DNA of 63,975 bases, the filler included, from Lama guanicoe (Eukaryota), in assembly GCA_013239625.1 (NCBI GenBank). It is 193 parts of 193 records of this genome, joined end to end, with 100 filler letters (N's around TTAATTAATTAA, not from the genome) between each part and the next. Parts side by side here need not be neighbours in the genome. Positions count along the whole stretch, not along the records: positions 26,893 to 27,124 come from PNXV01044298.1; positions 27,225 to 27,456 come from PNXV01044299.1; positions 27,557 to 27,788 come from PNXV01044300.1; positions 27,889 to 28,120 come from PNXV01044301.1; positions 28,221 to 28,452 come from PNXV01044302.1; positions 28,553 to 28,783 come from PNXV01044303.1; positions 28,884 to 29,115 come from PNXV01044304.1; positions 29,216 to 29,447 come from PNXV01044305.1; 185 more parts are not named here. The stretch is one strand, 5' to 3'. Of the stretch, positions 26,893 to 39,628 are shown one piece after another (within the stretch, counting starts at the first letter, position 1; each line of letters begins with the position of its first letter). A program made the translations under genes and the position numbers. The notes beneath the pieces are model-generated. The model had not been told where the DNA came from, made no database searches, and was given only the letters and a program-made list of their open reading frames with translations.

Positions 26893-27124
26893 TTAATTAA
26901 TTTATTTATTGTCTCTAGTAATTTTTATTTATTTTTCTTATTTTTTGTTGAAGTATAGTCAGTTACAATGTGTCAATTTCTGGTATACAGTATGTTTCAA
27001 TCATACATATACATACAGACATTTGTTTTCATATTCTTTTACTTCATAAGTTAGTATAAGATATTTACTATAGTTCCCTGTGCTATACGAAAGAAATTTG
27101 TTTTTTATCTATTATATATATATA
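26893..27124 (-). mobile_element. L1 3' UTR with degraded poly(A) tail
   Basis: T-rich tail followed by ttgaagtatagtcagttacaatgtgtcaatttctgg...tatagttccctgtgctatac. Confidence 0.85.
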
Positions 27125-27556
27125 NNNNNNNNNNNNNNNNNNNNNNNNNNNNNNNNNNNNNNNNNNNNTTAATTAATTAANNNNNNNNNNNNNNNNNNNN
27201 NNNNNNNNNNNNNNNNNNNNNNNNGAACACAGATGTACCAAGAAAAGGACAGACAATTTATAATATTAGTTATAATGACATTCTACTATAAAACAAACAA
27301 AAAAAAAGGTCAGTCTCTCAATATATGTTATACTATAGATAAATTCACAATGTATCATGTTGAACAAGAGGAAAACAGAAAAGATTACATAGACTATTCA
27401 TAATTTTATTTGAATTTCAACTACAGCAAAACCAATATATGATGATAAAAGTCAGGNNNNNNNNNNNNNNNNNNNNNNNNNNNNNNNNNNNNNNNNNNNN
27501 TTAATTAATTAANNNNNNNNNNNNNNNNNNNNNNNNNNNNNNNNNNNNNNNNNNNN

Positions 27557-27730
27557 ATTTGAAGGGAGCTGTTGAAGCTCTCTATTGCAATTTTCATTTT
27601 ATTCGTTATATTCTTTAGTTCTATCTTTTCTATTTGGTATTTTTTGAAAAATCCTTTCTGTCTGTTTGCTGAGCTTTTCATTTTGTTCAAACATTGTTTC
27701 CCTGAGTTCTTTGAGTTGTCTATCTGTGTT
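27557..27730 (-). mobile_element. Decayed L1 ORF1 coiled-coil fragment
   Basis: Minus-strand peptide KKYQIEKIELKNITNKMKIAIESFNSSLQ resembles ORF1p EILELKN...EMKN..ESFNSRL. Confidence 0.7.
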
Positions 27731-29879
27731 GTATTTTTCTTTTTTTATCCCTTCCCACCCTCCACCCCCCTGGTAACCACAAGTCTGTNNNNNNNNNNNN
27801 NNNNNNNNNNNNNNNNNNNNNNNNNNNNNNNNTTAATTAATTAANNNNNNNNNNNNNNNNNNNNNNNNNNNNNNNNNNNNNNNNNNNNATATCTTTCTTA
27901 GTAATAAAACTCACTAAGTGTTAAAGAAGATTTGAACTACAAGATTTACAAACTTGACCTAAAAATCACAGGCATATAGCAATCTTTAAAATAACACATT
28001 GGTTAAAAAAAATATAAAATAAAAAAATTAAAAACCCACTGGTAAAATAAATAAAAATAAGAAAAAAGAACGTTTTGAATATTTGAGTATTCAATTTTTT
28101 GATCAATAAAATGTGACATTNNNNNNNNNNNNNNNNNNNNNNNNNNNNNNNNNNNNNNNNNNNNTTAATTAATTAANNNNNNNNNNNNNNNNNNNNNNNN
28201 NNNNNNNNNNNNNNNNNNNNCAGCATCTTTGCTGGCCCTCATTTAGAGAAAACAAGTTTTTGGAGCCCCTGAGTGCAGGTATACTGTTATCTTCTGGATT
28301 GCTTCTTTCCCCTTCCACTCCCCTTCATTTCTATCTAACTGCCTAAAACTAACACTGAGTTCTTACCCGTGTTCCAAGGATTTATATCTTGTACCTTGTT
28401 TCGTTCTCATAACAACTCTATGACCTATTCTAACTATGAGCAAATCTAACAANNNNNNNNNNNNNNNNNNNNNNNNNNNNNNNNNNNNNNNNNNNNTTAA
28501 TTAATTAANNNNNNNNNNNNNNNNNNNNNNNNNNNNNNNNNNNNNNNNNNNNCACTGGGATTTCCTGCAAAACACCCTAGCATTCCCTGGCACAGAGAAA
28601 TTATGAATAGCCTCGGGGAGACTAGCTCAGGCATTCCGTTGGAACCCACGCGCTTCCGACTGTTGGTGGAACCTTCCCACGCTGAGGGTTCCAGAACAAC
28701 TGTCAGTGCGTGGGGGAGCTCGAGGTACAACTCAACGTAGCTCTCTTCAGTCACAGGTGTTCCCTGTCCGGGGCAGTCCGAGANNNNNNNNNNNNNNNNN
28801 NNNNNNNNNNNNNNNNNNNNNNNNNNNTTAATTAATTAANNNNNNNNNNNNNNNNNNNNNNNNNNNNNNNNNNNNNNNNNNNNTGTGTGTGTGTCTGTAA
28901 GCTGTGTTAAAATTATGTTTAAGGAAGGAAGGGGGGAACCATATAACTCCTTGAAAAATGCAAGAAACAGAACGGCACTGAACAGCTGTGTAAAATACAA
29001 ATCAGGTTTGAGAAAATCTCAATTTGAAATTAGCCACACGGCAAATGTAGATGGGTGTTCTCAGATGACAGCACTGGTTTTCCCTAGTTTAAGGGCTTTT
29101 TGTTTTTGTTTTTAANNNNNNNNNNNNNNNNNNNNNNNNNNNNNNNNNNNNNNNNNNNNTTAATTAATTAANNNNNNNNNNNNNNNNNNNNNNNNNNNNN
29201 NNNNNNNNNNNNNNNGTGTTCTGGCACAGGAAATGGAGGACAGTTGAGTTATGTCCACAGACCTGTCTCAGGAACTTCTGGAAGTGCAAAGCCAAAAGGA
29301 GGGATGAAACTGTGAGAAAAGGGACATGGATAGGGCAGTGGAAGAGAATTAAGGGCAAATGTTGTCTGTCTACACAGCAGTTTTAATGGACTCTCCCAGA
29401 TATCGAAACTCTGTACAATCTGATAGAAATAGCACAGATTTTGCAGGNNNNNNNNNNNNNNNNNNNNNNNNNNNNNNNNNNNNNNNNNNNNTTAATTAAT
29501 TAANNNNNNNNNNNNNNNNNNNNNNNNNNNNNNNNNNNNNNNNNNNNTTCTGACTGACTTTTTCATGCATCTAATCATATGTTCCACATTACCCATTGCA
29601 GAGATGTAATTAATTACAGAGCAATAGATCCATGCTTCTCTTTACTTGGCAAAGGCAAAATATCACTCACTCTTTTATTCCCATACACTTAGTCAGAAGC
29701 TTCTCCAAGAAAGAAATAAATGTCGTCTAAAAGGAGAGGCCAGAAAGGGTGTTGTGTCTTGAACAATGGAGGTACTAGGNNNNNNNNNNNNNNNNNNNNN
29801 NNNNNNNNNNNNNNNNNNNNNNNTTAATTAATTAANNNNNNNNNNNNNNNNNNNNNNNNNNNNNNNNNNNNNNNNNNNN

Positions 29880-30111
29880 GACGCCGGCTCCCGGCCGCTC
29901 CCCCACATCCTCGCCACGCACGTCCCCTGCGGCCCCCACGGTCCCAGCGAAGGCGGTGGGCGTGGCCGCCCGGGTCCCGCTCCCACCCTTGGCCGCAGGC
30001 GGGTCGCGCAGGGCGCAGGGCCTCTCCACCCGCGCGTCCCGCCGCCGCCGCGCGCCCCGCGCTCTCGGCACCTGCGGGGCCCGGCGCGGCGTCCCGCTTG
30101 TCCCCGAGGCT
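29880..30111. promoter_or_regulatory. CpG-island fragment
   Basis: Very high GC with dense CpG. No recognised protein. Confidence 0.55.
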
Positions 30112-31610
30112 NNNNNNNNNNNNNNNNNNNNNNNNNNNNNNNNNNNNNNNNNNNNTTAATTAATTAANNNNNNNNNNNNNNNNNNNNNNNNNNNNNNNNN
30201 NNNNNNNNNNNTCACTGGGTTGTTCTGAGTATGAACTTTCAAAAGCCAGGTGGGAAAGCAATTCGTACACTCGCCAGTTTGGTTTCTCGGTCTCATCTCC
30301 TCCTATGTAAATACCTGCCCCTTCAATTACTTCCTCACATTCCCACGACCTCATTCCTCCCTAACCTATAAACATGCACAACTTTCCAGTTGTGTGGGGA
30401 AAATAACACACTCACTTCAAACGTGCAGCGCATGGGTACAGCCNNNNNNNNNNNNNNNNNNNNNNNNNNNNNNNNNNNNNNNNNNNNTTAATTAATTAAN
30501 NNNNNNNNNNNNNNNNNNNNNNNNNNNNNNNNNNNNNNNNNNNATAAGCCACCTTCTCTAATGACAGCTTTAACTCTGCTCTGAAATGTAAAGTCAGACT
30601 CGTGATTTTCCTTTTTTCCCTTTCTCTTCTCTTTACCTTTGAACACAGTCCAGGTAAACAAACACATTCATAACAGGAGTGGGCGCACTGAATTGCCGCT
30701 GACTGGGGTCACATGGGGAGGAACAGAGCAGAGATGAAAGGCTGCATCTCCTGTTTCTCTTGGATATTTGCAGGCNNNNNNNNNNNNNNNNNNNNNNNNN
30801 NNNNNNNNNNNNNNNNNNNTTAATTAATTAANNNNNNNNNNNNNNNNNNNNNNNNNNNNNNNNNNNNNNNNNNNNTAACCACCAAGCCCCAGGCCTCAAC
30901 CTTTGAGAATATGATCCAGTTGGTCTGGTATCAGCTTGGAATGCAGGTTTTAAACCTCTCAGCTATTTTTGATTAAACAGGTTTATAAATCCCCAGTTTA
31001 TGCAGTAACTGGATCATAGACTATCTGAGTATTTCCCATCTATATTTTCTTGAGCCTTATCTTCTGTAAGACCTATTTCTTTATCAAAAGTTTTATATAT
31101 ATATATANNNNNNNNNNNNNNNNNNNNNNNNNNNNNNNNNNNNNNNNNNNNTTAATTAATTAANNNNNNNNNNNNNNNNNNNNNNNNNNNNNNNNNNNNN
31201 NNNNNNNCTAACAGTTAAGTGGTAGTTGCTTGAGATGCTGGGGCCAGCTGTCCTCCAGACACCTTCACGTGCCCATCTCTGATTCCACACACGTCTCAAC
31301 TGTGGCTCTCTTCCCACTGACTTACGTGTCACAGTTTCCCCCAAAAAGGATCTCAGCTATCCTGCCTTTACCTACCTTCTGGGTAAGCACTCAGTAAACA
31401 TTTAGGGGCTGTAACTGAGCTAAAGAAAAAATGTCAAGANNNNNNNNNNNNNNNNNNNNNNNNNNNNNNNNNNNNNNNNNNNNTTAATTAATTAANNNNN
31501 NNNNNNNNNNNNNNNNNNNNNNNNNNNNNNNNNNNNNNNACTACAAAAGACTATGCAGAAATTAGGTGGCTGATCTAACCATGATATTCTCATTTTATCA
31601 GAAAAGAAGT

Positions 31611-31760
31611 GGGGGGTGGGTATAGCTCAGCGGTAGAGAACGTGCTTAGCATGCACAAGGTCCTGGGTTCAAATCCCAGTCCCTCTATTAAATAAATGAA
31701 TAAACCTAATTACCTCCCCCCCCACTGAAAATAAAATAAATAAATAAATAATTTAAAAAA
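31611..31760 (+). mobile_element. tRNA-Ala-derived SINE (camelid vic-1 type), full length with target-site duplication
   Basis: gggtatagctcagcggtagagaacgtgcttagcatgcacaaggtcctgggttcaaatcccagt is tRNA-Ala(AGC)-like. It carries the aataaacctaattacctccc body and an (aaat)n tail, flanked by agaaaagaagt and agaaaagcagc. Confidence 0.9.
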
Positions 31761-33199
31761 GAAAAGCAGCTNNNNNNNNNNNNNNNNNNNNNNNNNNNNN
31801 NNNNNNNNNNNNNNNTTAATTAATTAANNNNNNNNNNNNNNNNNNNNNNNNNNNNNNNNNNNNNNNNNNNNTTTTTTTTTTGTACTAGACGATGACTTAA
31901 AATGTATTTGCTCTAAAACAACAATGAAATTCAGGGAACTGGACATAGTTGTGCATGTTCTGGATCTAATGAATTGCTTATTATAAACCTTAAGCTTCAT
32001 CCAAATTAGAGAGAACACTCTCAGAGGGGATAGTTTATTCAAACCACAGCTAACTAAACCTCTTCTCTAGTCATCTAGCCAGTTCACTCGTGCGCCACAG
32101 CAGNNNNNNNNNNNNNNNNNNNNNNNNNNNNNNNNNNNNNNNNNNNNTTAATTAATTAANNNNNNNNNNNNNNNNNNNNNNNNNNNNNNNNNNNNNNNNN
32201 NNNATTTCTAGTACATTTTTAAAGCTGCTTATCTCAGAAAAGTCTTCTAGACCCTGTGACAAGAGAAGATCATCCCCTGAAATAAGGTCAGATAGCATTT
32301 GGTTTATATTTCCTCTTGGGCACTATTAACTATGACTTTTGTCACAATCACTGTGACAGTTGAACCTGAGGACTGTGGATGTAACCGATTCACCATTTTT
32401 GACCCCAAGTCTCAGAACATTGTTTTCAGCAACTGNNNNNNNNNNNNNNNNNNNNNNNNNNNNNNNNNNNNNNNNNNNNTTAATTAATTAANNNNNNNNN
32501 NNNNNNNNNNNNNNNNNNNNNNNNNNNNNNNNNNNCCGATGCCCTGCTTGGGAAAACTTTCTATCAGAAGAAGCACATGGAAAGTCAAGAAGGCACTGGA
32601 ACATTCCAGGAATAGGAGACTGAAGCAAAGAAAGTGTGTAAGGAGTGAATTAAGTAGTCATTCAAGGAATCCAAGAAGTAGTAAGTAGGTAAGGGAAGTA
32701 ATTAATGGCTAGTCATCTTTTCTGAAAGCTTTGACATTTCATTACCTAGGCTGTGGTCTTCTGTGACNNNNNNNNNNNNNNNNNNNNNNNNNNNNNNNNN
32801 NNNNNNNNNNNTTAATTAATTAANNNNNNNNNNNNNNNNNNNNNNNNNNNNNNNNNNNNNNNNNNNNCAGCCTACACGTGAGGTCAGCTTGAGCACCAGG
32901 GAGCGCGCCAGGGCAGTGCCTTGCTTGCCGACTTGCAGGGTCACAGCAGAGCGAGGCTGGCCCGGGGTCCTCAGGGCCTTACTGGCGGGGGTCAGGAGGC
33001 AGAACTGCAAGGGATCCATGTTTGACGCCAGTGAGAGTGAGGGGGGAGCAGTGTGGGGAACAGACAGAGGGGACACTTCTGGGCTTCAGTTTCTCAGCTN
33101 NNNNNNNNNNNNNNNNNNNNNNNNNNNNNNNNNNNNNNNNNNNTTAATTAATTAANNNNNNNNNNNNNNNNNNNNNNNNNNNNNNNNNNNNNNNNNNNN

Positions 33200-33430
33200 T
33201 AGTGTTTGTGTAGAGAAATCAGCTGAGAGCCTTATGGGGGTTTCCTTGCAACTCACTCTTTGTTTTCCTCCTGCTGCCTTTAGGATCATTTCTTTATCCA
33301 TAACCTGGGCCATCTTGATTACGATATGTCTTTGTGTGGGTCTGTTTGAGTTCTTCCTGTTTGGGACCCTCTGAGCTACCCTTACTTGGATATCTGATTC
33401 CTTCTTTAAGTTTGAGAAGTTTTCAGTCAT
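33200..33430 (-). mobile_element. L1 ORF1 fragment (RRM/CTD region)
   Basis: MTENFSNLKKESDIQVRVAQRVPNRKNSNRPTQRHIVIKMAQVMDKEMILKAAGGKQRVSCKETPIRLSADFSTQTL contains the ORF1p motifs ENFPNL, RHIVIK, ILKAA and PIRLSADFS. Confidence 0.95.
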
Positions 33431-33863
33431 GNNNNNNNNNNNNNNNNNNNNNNNNNNNNNNNNNNNNNNNNNNNNTTAATTAATTAANNNNNNNNNNNNN
33501 NNNNNNNNNNNNNNNNNNNNNNNNNNNNNNNGAATGGTGATCGTGTAGGTGGTTGGGGTAGGGCTTGCCAGGAGCAAGCACTTTGCCCTTACACGGAACC
33601 AAGTGAGGCTTACCGCTCTTGGGCGGCTGCCGCGGTTCTCAACTTCCAGCCTGTGGAGCATCAACTTCACGACTGTGTTTGTGCTTTACATAAAAACATG
33701 TTTTATAGGAAACATGTATGTGTATAGTTACATGAACACTTAATATAGGTTACATATATTTAANNNNNNNNNNNNNNNNNNNNNNNNNNNNNNNNNNNNN
33801 NNNNNNNTTAATTAATTAANNNNNNNNNNNNNNNNNNNNNNNNNNNNNNNNNNNNNNNNNNNN

Positions 33864-33967
33864 ACCCTGGATCATTGTCTCTGTTCAGCCCTTCACCTTT
33901 GTTTCCCGCTGAGGGCTTGTCTTCAGCACCTTCCGCGGTGCCAGTGGTGCTCTCCTGCGAAAGCTTT
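33864..33967 (-). CDS. Putative internal coding exon, gene unassigned
   Basis: Acceptor-like catgctttgtag| followed by the open frame KLSQESTTGTAEGAEDKPSAGNKGEGLNRDNDPG. Not recognised. Confidence 0.35.
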
Positions 33968-34195
33968 CTACAAAGCATGAAGTGGCAGCAGTGTTGGTGT
34001 GGAAAGATTTTCAAACCTGAAGTTCCCAAATGGATTCTGCTATGGCACTGTTCGCGGTTCAGGAAGGGTAAGTCAGCATCGCTGTCTTGGTTCCTNNNNN
34101 NNNNNNNNNNNNNNNNNNNNNNNNNNNNNNNNNNNNNNNTTAATTAATTAANNNNNNNNNNNNNNNNNNNNNNNNNNNNNNNNNNNNNNNNNNNN

Positions 34196-34427
34196 GTCAG
34201 ACAGAGAAAGGTAAATATCATATGATATCACTTATATGTGGAATTTTTAAAAAATGATTCAAATTCTATTTACAAACCAGAAACATACTCACAGACATAG
34301 AAAACAAACTATGGTTACCAAATGGGAAAGGGTGGGGGAGGGATAAATCAGGAGTTTGGGATTAACAGATACACATGACTATGTATAAAATAGATAAACA
34401 ACAAGGACCTACTATATAGCACAGGGA
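34196..34427 (+). mobile_element. L1 ORF2 end and 3' UTR
   Basis: gtcagacagagaaag...tcacttatatgtggaat...actcacagacatagaaaacaaactatggttacca...aaggacctactatatagcacaggga. Confidence 0.92.
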
Positions 34428-34527
34428 NNNNNNNNNNNNNNNNNNNNNNNNNNNNNNNNNNNNNNNNNNNNTTAATTAATTAANNNNNNNNNNNNNNNNN
34501 NNNNNNNNNNNNNNNNNNNNNNNNNNN

Positions 34528-34759
34528 TCATATAAATGATGTTATATGGCATTTTTCTTTCTCTTTCCGGCCCACTTAGAATGACAATCTTCTGGTCCAC
34601 CCATATTGTTGCAAATGGCATTATGTTACTCTTTTTTATGGCTGAGTAGTGTTCCATTGTACACATGTAGCACATCTTCTTTATCCAATCATCTGTTGAT
34701 GGACATTTGTGTTGTTTCTATGTCTTGGCTATCGTAAATAGTGCTGCTATGAACATTGG
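34528..34759 (-). mobile_element. L1 ORF2 C-terminal fragment
   Basis: Peptide TMEHYSAIKKSNIMPFATIWVDQKIVILS matches L1 ORF2p TMEYYSAIKKNEIMPFAATWMDLE.I.LS. Confidence 0.92.
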
Positions 34760-37700
34760 NNNNNNNNNNNNNNNNNNNNNNNNNNNNNNNNNNNNNNNNN
34801 NNNTTAATTAATTAANNNNNNNNNNNNNNNNNNNNNNNNNNNNNNNNNNNNNNNNNNNNGAAATGATAACTGAAACCATGGAATCCTTAAGATAAGCTAC
34901 CTGTGTAAGCAGGGGAAATGGCTGAAAGCCTAGTAGAAGGCTTTGTGTTGGAGGATGGTGATTGACGTTCAGAAGGCTTAGCAGAGGTCAAGTTGGCAAT
35001 GTCAGGTGTTTCCCCAAGTTTACTTCATTCAATTAAGCTGGAACAACCTGCTCCTGTGAAAGACTTAGTGGCTTTCCTTACACTGGGGGGGNNNNNNNNN
35101 NNNNNNNNNNNNNNNNNNNNNNNNNNNNNNNNNNNTTAATTAATTAANNNNNNNNNNNNNNNNNNNNNNNNNNNNNNNNNNNNNNNNNNNNGTGTATCAT
35201 TTTATTGAGAGCATTTCACAACTGCACTAATATGTTTTGCGGAAATATTTAATGCTGTCTACTCTCTATGTGACAGATTCACCATGGCCAATCATCTCTT
35301 CAGAGGTCTGTGCTTTCATAGGTTAGTAACATTTTATAACAAATCTCTCACACGGACTGTCCGACCAAGTGCTATCTTACACAAACAGAATGTAAGTTTG
35401 GGAATAAACACTGTTCCCAGAATNNNNNNNNNNNNNNNNNNNNNNNNNNNNNNNNNNNNNNNNNNNNTTAATTAATTAANNNNNNNNNNNNNNNNNNNNN
35501 NNNNNNNNNNNNNNNNNNNNNNNCCAGGCCTTGGCCAAAAGGGTGCCAGCATGTTTGTGTTTCCAGGATTGTTTATGCTAGCTGCTGTGATTAATCTCCT
35601 CCCCGACACCCACTACATTTATACAGTCCAGCACTCCTGGTATTGTCACCGCTGTTGATGGAAAGCAGTTAAACCAATAATGAAAAGTGCATTGACATGT
35701 CAGGGGGAAATGGTTGCATAAAAACAAGCCTAAAAGCAAGCATCAAACAGGCATANNNNNNNNNNNNNNNNNNNNNNNNNNNNNNNNNNNNNNNNNNNNT
35801 TAATTAATTAANNNNNNNNNNNNNNNNNNNNNNNNNNNNNNNNNNNNNNNNNNNNGATGTCTAGTCCTTGAAAGGCAAAACAGGAGGCATACAACCCAAT
35901 CTCAGAGGCACTGTAAGAACAGAACACAGTCTTTGTTACAACGGGATGCGGTATCTAGAGATTCTGGGGCTTGATTTTAATGTCACTGACGACCTCCAGT
36001 TTGATGAATCTAGTGGTCAGTTTTGAGTTATGTTACTTGAGTGAAGAGCAGGGTTTGACCTGTGGTCATTTCTTCCTCTGTATGTACNNNNNNNNNNNNN
36101 NNNNNNNNNNNNNNNNNNNNNNNNNNNNNNNTTAATTAATTAANNNNNNNNNNNNNNNNNNNNNNNNNNNNNNNNNNNNNNNNNNNNATTTATATCACTA
36201 CTTGCTTATATTGATACACACAGAGGGGGATACTGTATAAAATAACTCACAAAAGGAAAATCATTTCACGGTTTCCTTAATGCTTATTCTCTGGACATTT
36301 ATACAGACCCCTATCCAGTTTTTCATACTTAAAGCAATAGGCCAGCTCTCTTGGGCGCCACCTTGGTCAGTGTGAATGTGAGTAATTAACAACTCACACA
36401 GGCAAAGTCACAAGGAACANNNNNNNNNNNNNNNNNNNNNNNNNNNNNNNNNNNNNNNNNNNNTTAATTAATTAANNNNNNNNNNNNNNNNNNNNNNNNN
36501 NNNNNNNNNNNNNNNNNNNAAAGTGAGTGTTAAAAACACTCAATGAGTGTGAAAAATCATGATTGCCACTTTATAGTTGAATGTTTAAAGCTTAGTATAA
36601 CATTTATGGGTTTGGCTTCCTGGAAGCAGAGGCTAGAATGAGGAGATATTTTTTGGGGGGTGGGGTGGGGTGAGACATTTATTAGATTCTCATCTGTAAT
36701 GGGAAGGAGGGAAGAGCTGTTTGGGGCAGAGGAAGAAACTGAGCTAGAGTGNNNNNNNNNNNNNNNNNNNNNNNNNNNNNNNNNNNNNNNNNNNNTTAAT
36801 TAATTAANNNNNNNNNNNNNNNNNNNNNNNNNNNNNNNNNNNNNNNNNNNNTGGGCATGAGTCCCAAGGGCTTGACCTGAGTTGCTCCATGTCTCCTCCC
36901 GCCCTTCTGCTCTTTGGCCTCAGCTCAGACCCTGGGCATCTCTCACCTGTGCAGTGACAATGGGTTCCCCCTGGGTCCCCAGCCTCTTGTCTCGCCTCCT
37001 CTCTGGTCCCGTTTCCCTGGAGCTACCACTGATATTCTCAGACTCAGAGCTGAGCCTGGGACTCCCTTACTTCCATGGTGCCCNNNNNNNNNNNNNNNNN
37101 NNNNNNNNNNNNNNNNNNNNNNNNNNNTTAATTAATTAANNNNNNNNNNNNNNNNNNNNNNNNNNNNNNNNNNNNNNNNNNNNCTATGCATTTTGTTTTA
37201 CCATTGGCACCTAGAAATAAACTATTTTCCCTAATTTTATTTTTGTTGCATTAGCCTTGTAATAAAATATCTGGGTCTTTTCTGGGACAGTATTTACTAA
37301 TATTGGTCCCTATATATTTGATATTAAATTTATTTCCTACTGGTTATTCAAAAGAAGAAATATCAGCACTTATGTTGCTCCTTATTATTTGGGCCGTTTA
37401 AATAGAGATCATGAANNNNNNNNNNNNNNNNNNNNNNNNNNNNNNNNNNNNNNNNNNNNTTAATTAATTAANNNNNNNNNNNNNNNNNNNNNNNNNNNNN
37501 NNNNNNNNNNNNNNNTACATATGTGTGACCTCATTTATGTTTTTATAGTATTTTTATTATGAATGTGTATGTAAATGAATTGAAACAGATGAAACGTGCT
37601 CACTTAAGCTTTAACAGTAATAGAGTACTTAGGGACAAATCTAAGAAATATCAATGTTTATTCTATATGCTTAAAGTTGTTTTACTAATCTAAACAATCA

Positions 37701-38843
37701 AATATTAATTTATAACTTGTTTAATCATAAAATAGGGGACAATGTTTNNNNNNNNNNNNNNNNNNNNNNNNNNNNNNNNNNNNNNNNNNNNTTAATTAAT
37801 TAANNNNNNNNNNNNNNNNNNNNNNNNNNNNNNNNNNNNNNNNNNNNAGATGTGCCCTGTTGGGGAAAGGGTGAATACCCATATCTGAAAATCCACAAAA
37901 TTTCTATATGAAGAGACCTGGGGCTCAGACACAGCCACCATATCCTCTGGTGCTTTGCACCCAGGCAGCAGTGGGGGCACAATCTGCATCTACATCTAAG
38001 GACTTGGCAGCTTTAAGGGCCAGACAGAGACTTCTCAACATCCTGAGGCAGATAGGATCCTTCTCTCCTGGTTCCTCAGNNNNNNNNNNNNNNNNNNNNN
38101 NNNNNNNNNNNNNNNNNNNNNNNTTAATTAATTAANNNNNNNNNNNNNNNNNNNNNNNNNNNNNNNNNNNNNNNNNNNNGTGTGCTGGGATGGCTGCAGC
38201 AGCAGCGGGAAATGGTCGCAACCCCCGCACTCTCACAAGGCAGCCCCAATCCCACCATGGCAGCTGCCGCCATTCCCTGACAGCACAACACTCGCCTTCC
38301 AGGAGCAGGCTGACCTGTAAGCTGAGTTCCACAAACCTGGGGCAGCAGAGGCCAAGCTCAGGCCATGCACTGGGGAGTTTGAAGCAAATCCACGGGCTCC
38401 CATGGGCAGACNNNNNNNNNNNNNNNNNNNNNNNNNNNNNNNNNNNNNNNNNNNNTTAATTAATTAANNNNNNNNNNNNNNNNNNNNNNNNNNNNNNNNN
38501 NNNNNNNNNNNACTGAGAGAAAACGGGCAGCCACTAACCTGTGAACTGGGATGGATTTCCAGTCTATGAATTTGAGATTTGCACATTCTTGACTTCCAAT
38601 TCAGTGGATTCACAGAATATGTGATCATAAATGTTTGTCTTCTTTCATTTAGAATGGTTTTCGAGTCCGGATATTCATTAACAAAAGGTTACACGAACTG
38701 GAAGGAAATATTCAAAAAATTTTTCTTACACATTATATATTCTNNNNNNNNNNNNNNNNNNNNNNNNNNNNNNNNNNNNNNNNNNNNTTAATTAATTAAN
38801 NNNNNNNNNNNNNNNNNNNNNNNNNNNNNNNNNNNNNNNNNNN

Positions 38844-39075
38844 TTACTTTCGTTTCTTTCTTTCTTTCTTTTCTTTCTTTCTTTCTCTTTTTCTCTTTCT
38901 TTCCTTTTATTTTTCTTTCTTTCTTTTCTTTCTTTCTCTTTTTCTTTCTTTCTTTTCTTTCTTTCTCTTTCTTTCTCTTTTTCTCTCTTTCTTTCCTTTC
39001 CTCTTCTTTTCTTTCTTCCTCTCTTCCTCTCTTTCTCCCTTTCTTTCTTTCTTTCCTTCTCTTTCTTTCTTTTCT
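38844..39075 (+). repeat. Degenerate (CTTT)n polypyrimidine tract
   Basis: The whole fragment is almost exclusively C and T. Confidence 0.97.
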
Positions 39076-39175
39076 NNNNNNNNNNNNNNNNNNNNNNNNN
39101 NNNNNNNNNNNNNNNNNNNTTAATTAATTAANNNNNNNNNNNNNNNNNNNNNNNNNNNNNNNNNNNNNNNNNNNN

Positions 39176-39407
39176 AAGAAGAAATTTTCCTGCAATGGTA
39201 CTGTAATCAAGCACCCAGAATACATAGAAGTGATTCAGCTACAGGGTGACCAGCACAGGAACATATGTCAGTTCCTGCTAGAGACTGGGCTGGTTAAGGT
39301 CGACCAGCTGAAGGGTCATGGGTTTTAAGTGCTTTTGGCTCAGTGAAGCTTAAGTGAGGATTTTCTTGCAGTGAGTGGAATTCCCCTTCTGTCCCTTGTC
39401 ACAAGTT
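39176..39407 (+). pseudogene. EIF1: EIF1 processed pseudogene (3' CDS 39176-39328 plus 3' UTR)
   Basis: KKKFSCNGTVIKHPEYIEVIQLQGDQHRNICQFLLETGLVKVDQLKGHGF* versus EIF1 KKKFACNGTVIEHPEYGEVIQLQGDQRKNICQFLVEIGLAKDDQLKVHGF*. It is intronless across the recalled exon junctions, has many replacements in a near-invariant protein, and an EIF1-like UTR follows. Confidence 0.92.
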
Positions 39408-39550
39408 NNNNNNNNNNNNNNNNNNNNNNNNNNNNNNNNNNNNNNNNNNNNTTAATTAATTAANNNNNNNNNNNNNNNNNNNNNNNNNNNNNNNNNNNNN
39501 NNNNNNNTCTCCTGCCTTCCTCCCCTGTGCTCTCTCCTCCACAGACTCAC

Positions 39551-39628
39551 CTCCCACGTGCTACAGAGATCCACTGTGTCAAATATTAGTTTTCCATTTT
39601 CATCTTTGGGAAGAGGGTCCTCCCCTGG
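39551..39628 (-). CDS. Aldo-keto reductase AKR1C-family internal exon (78 bp)
   Basis: cttctcttccag|[26 protein letters not shown]|gtgagt matches AKR1C PGE...PKDENGK..FDTVDLC.TWE, with intact splice sites. Confidence 0.93.

Noticed and set aside
26893..26900. Extra TTAATTAA at the start of a fragment
   Set aside because: It is part of an AT-rich degraded L1 tail. The fragment length is the normal 232 bp, so this is coincidence.
31611..31690. Functional tRNA-Ala gene (also 13337-13415)
   Set aside because: It continues into a shared SINE body and A-rich tail with a target-site duplication, and the stems are degenerate.
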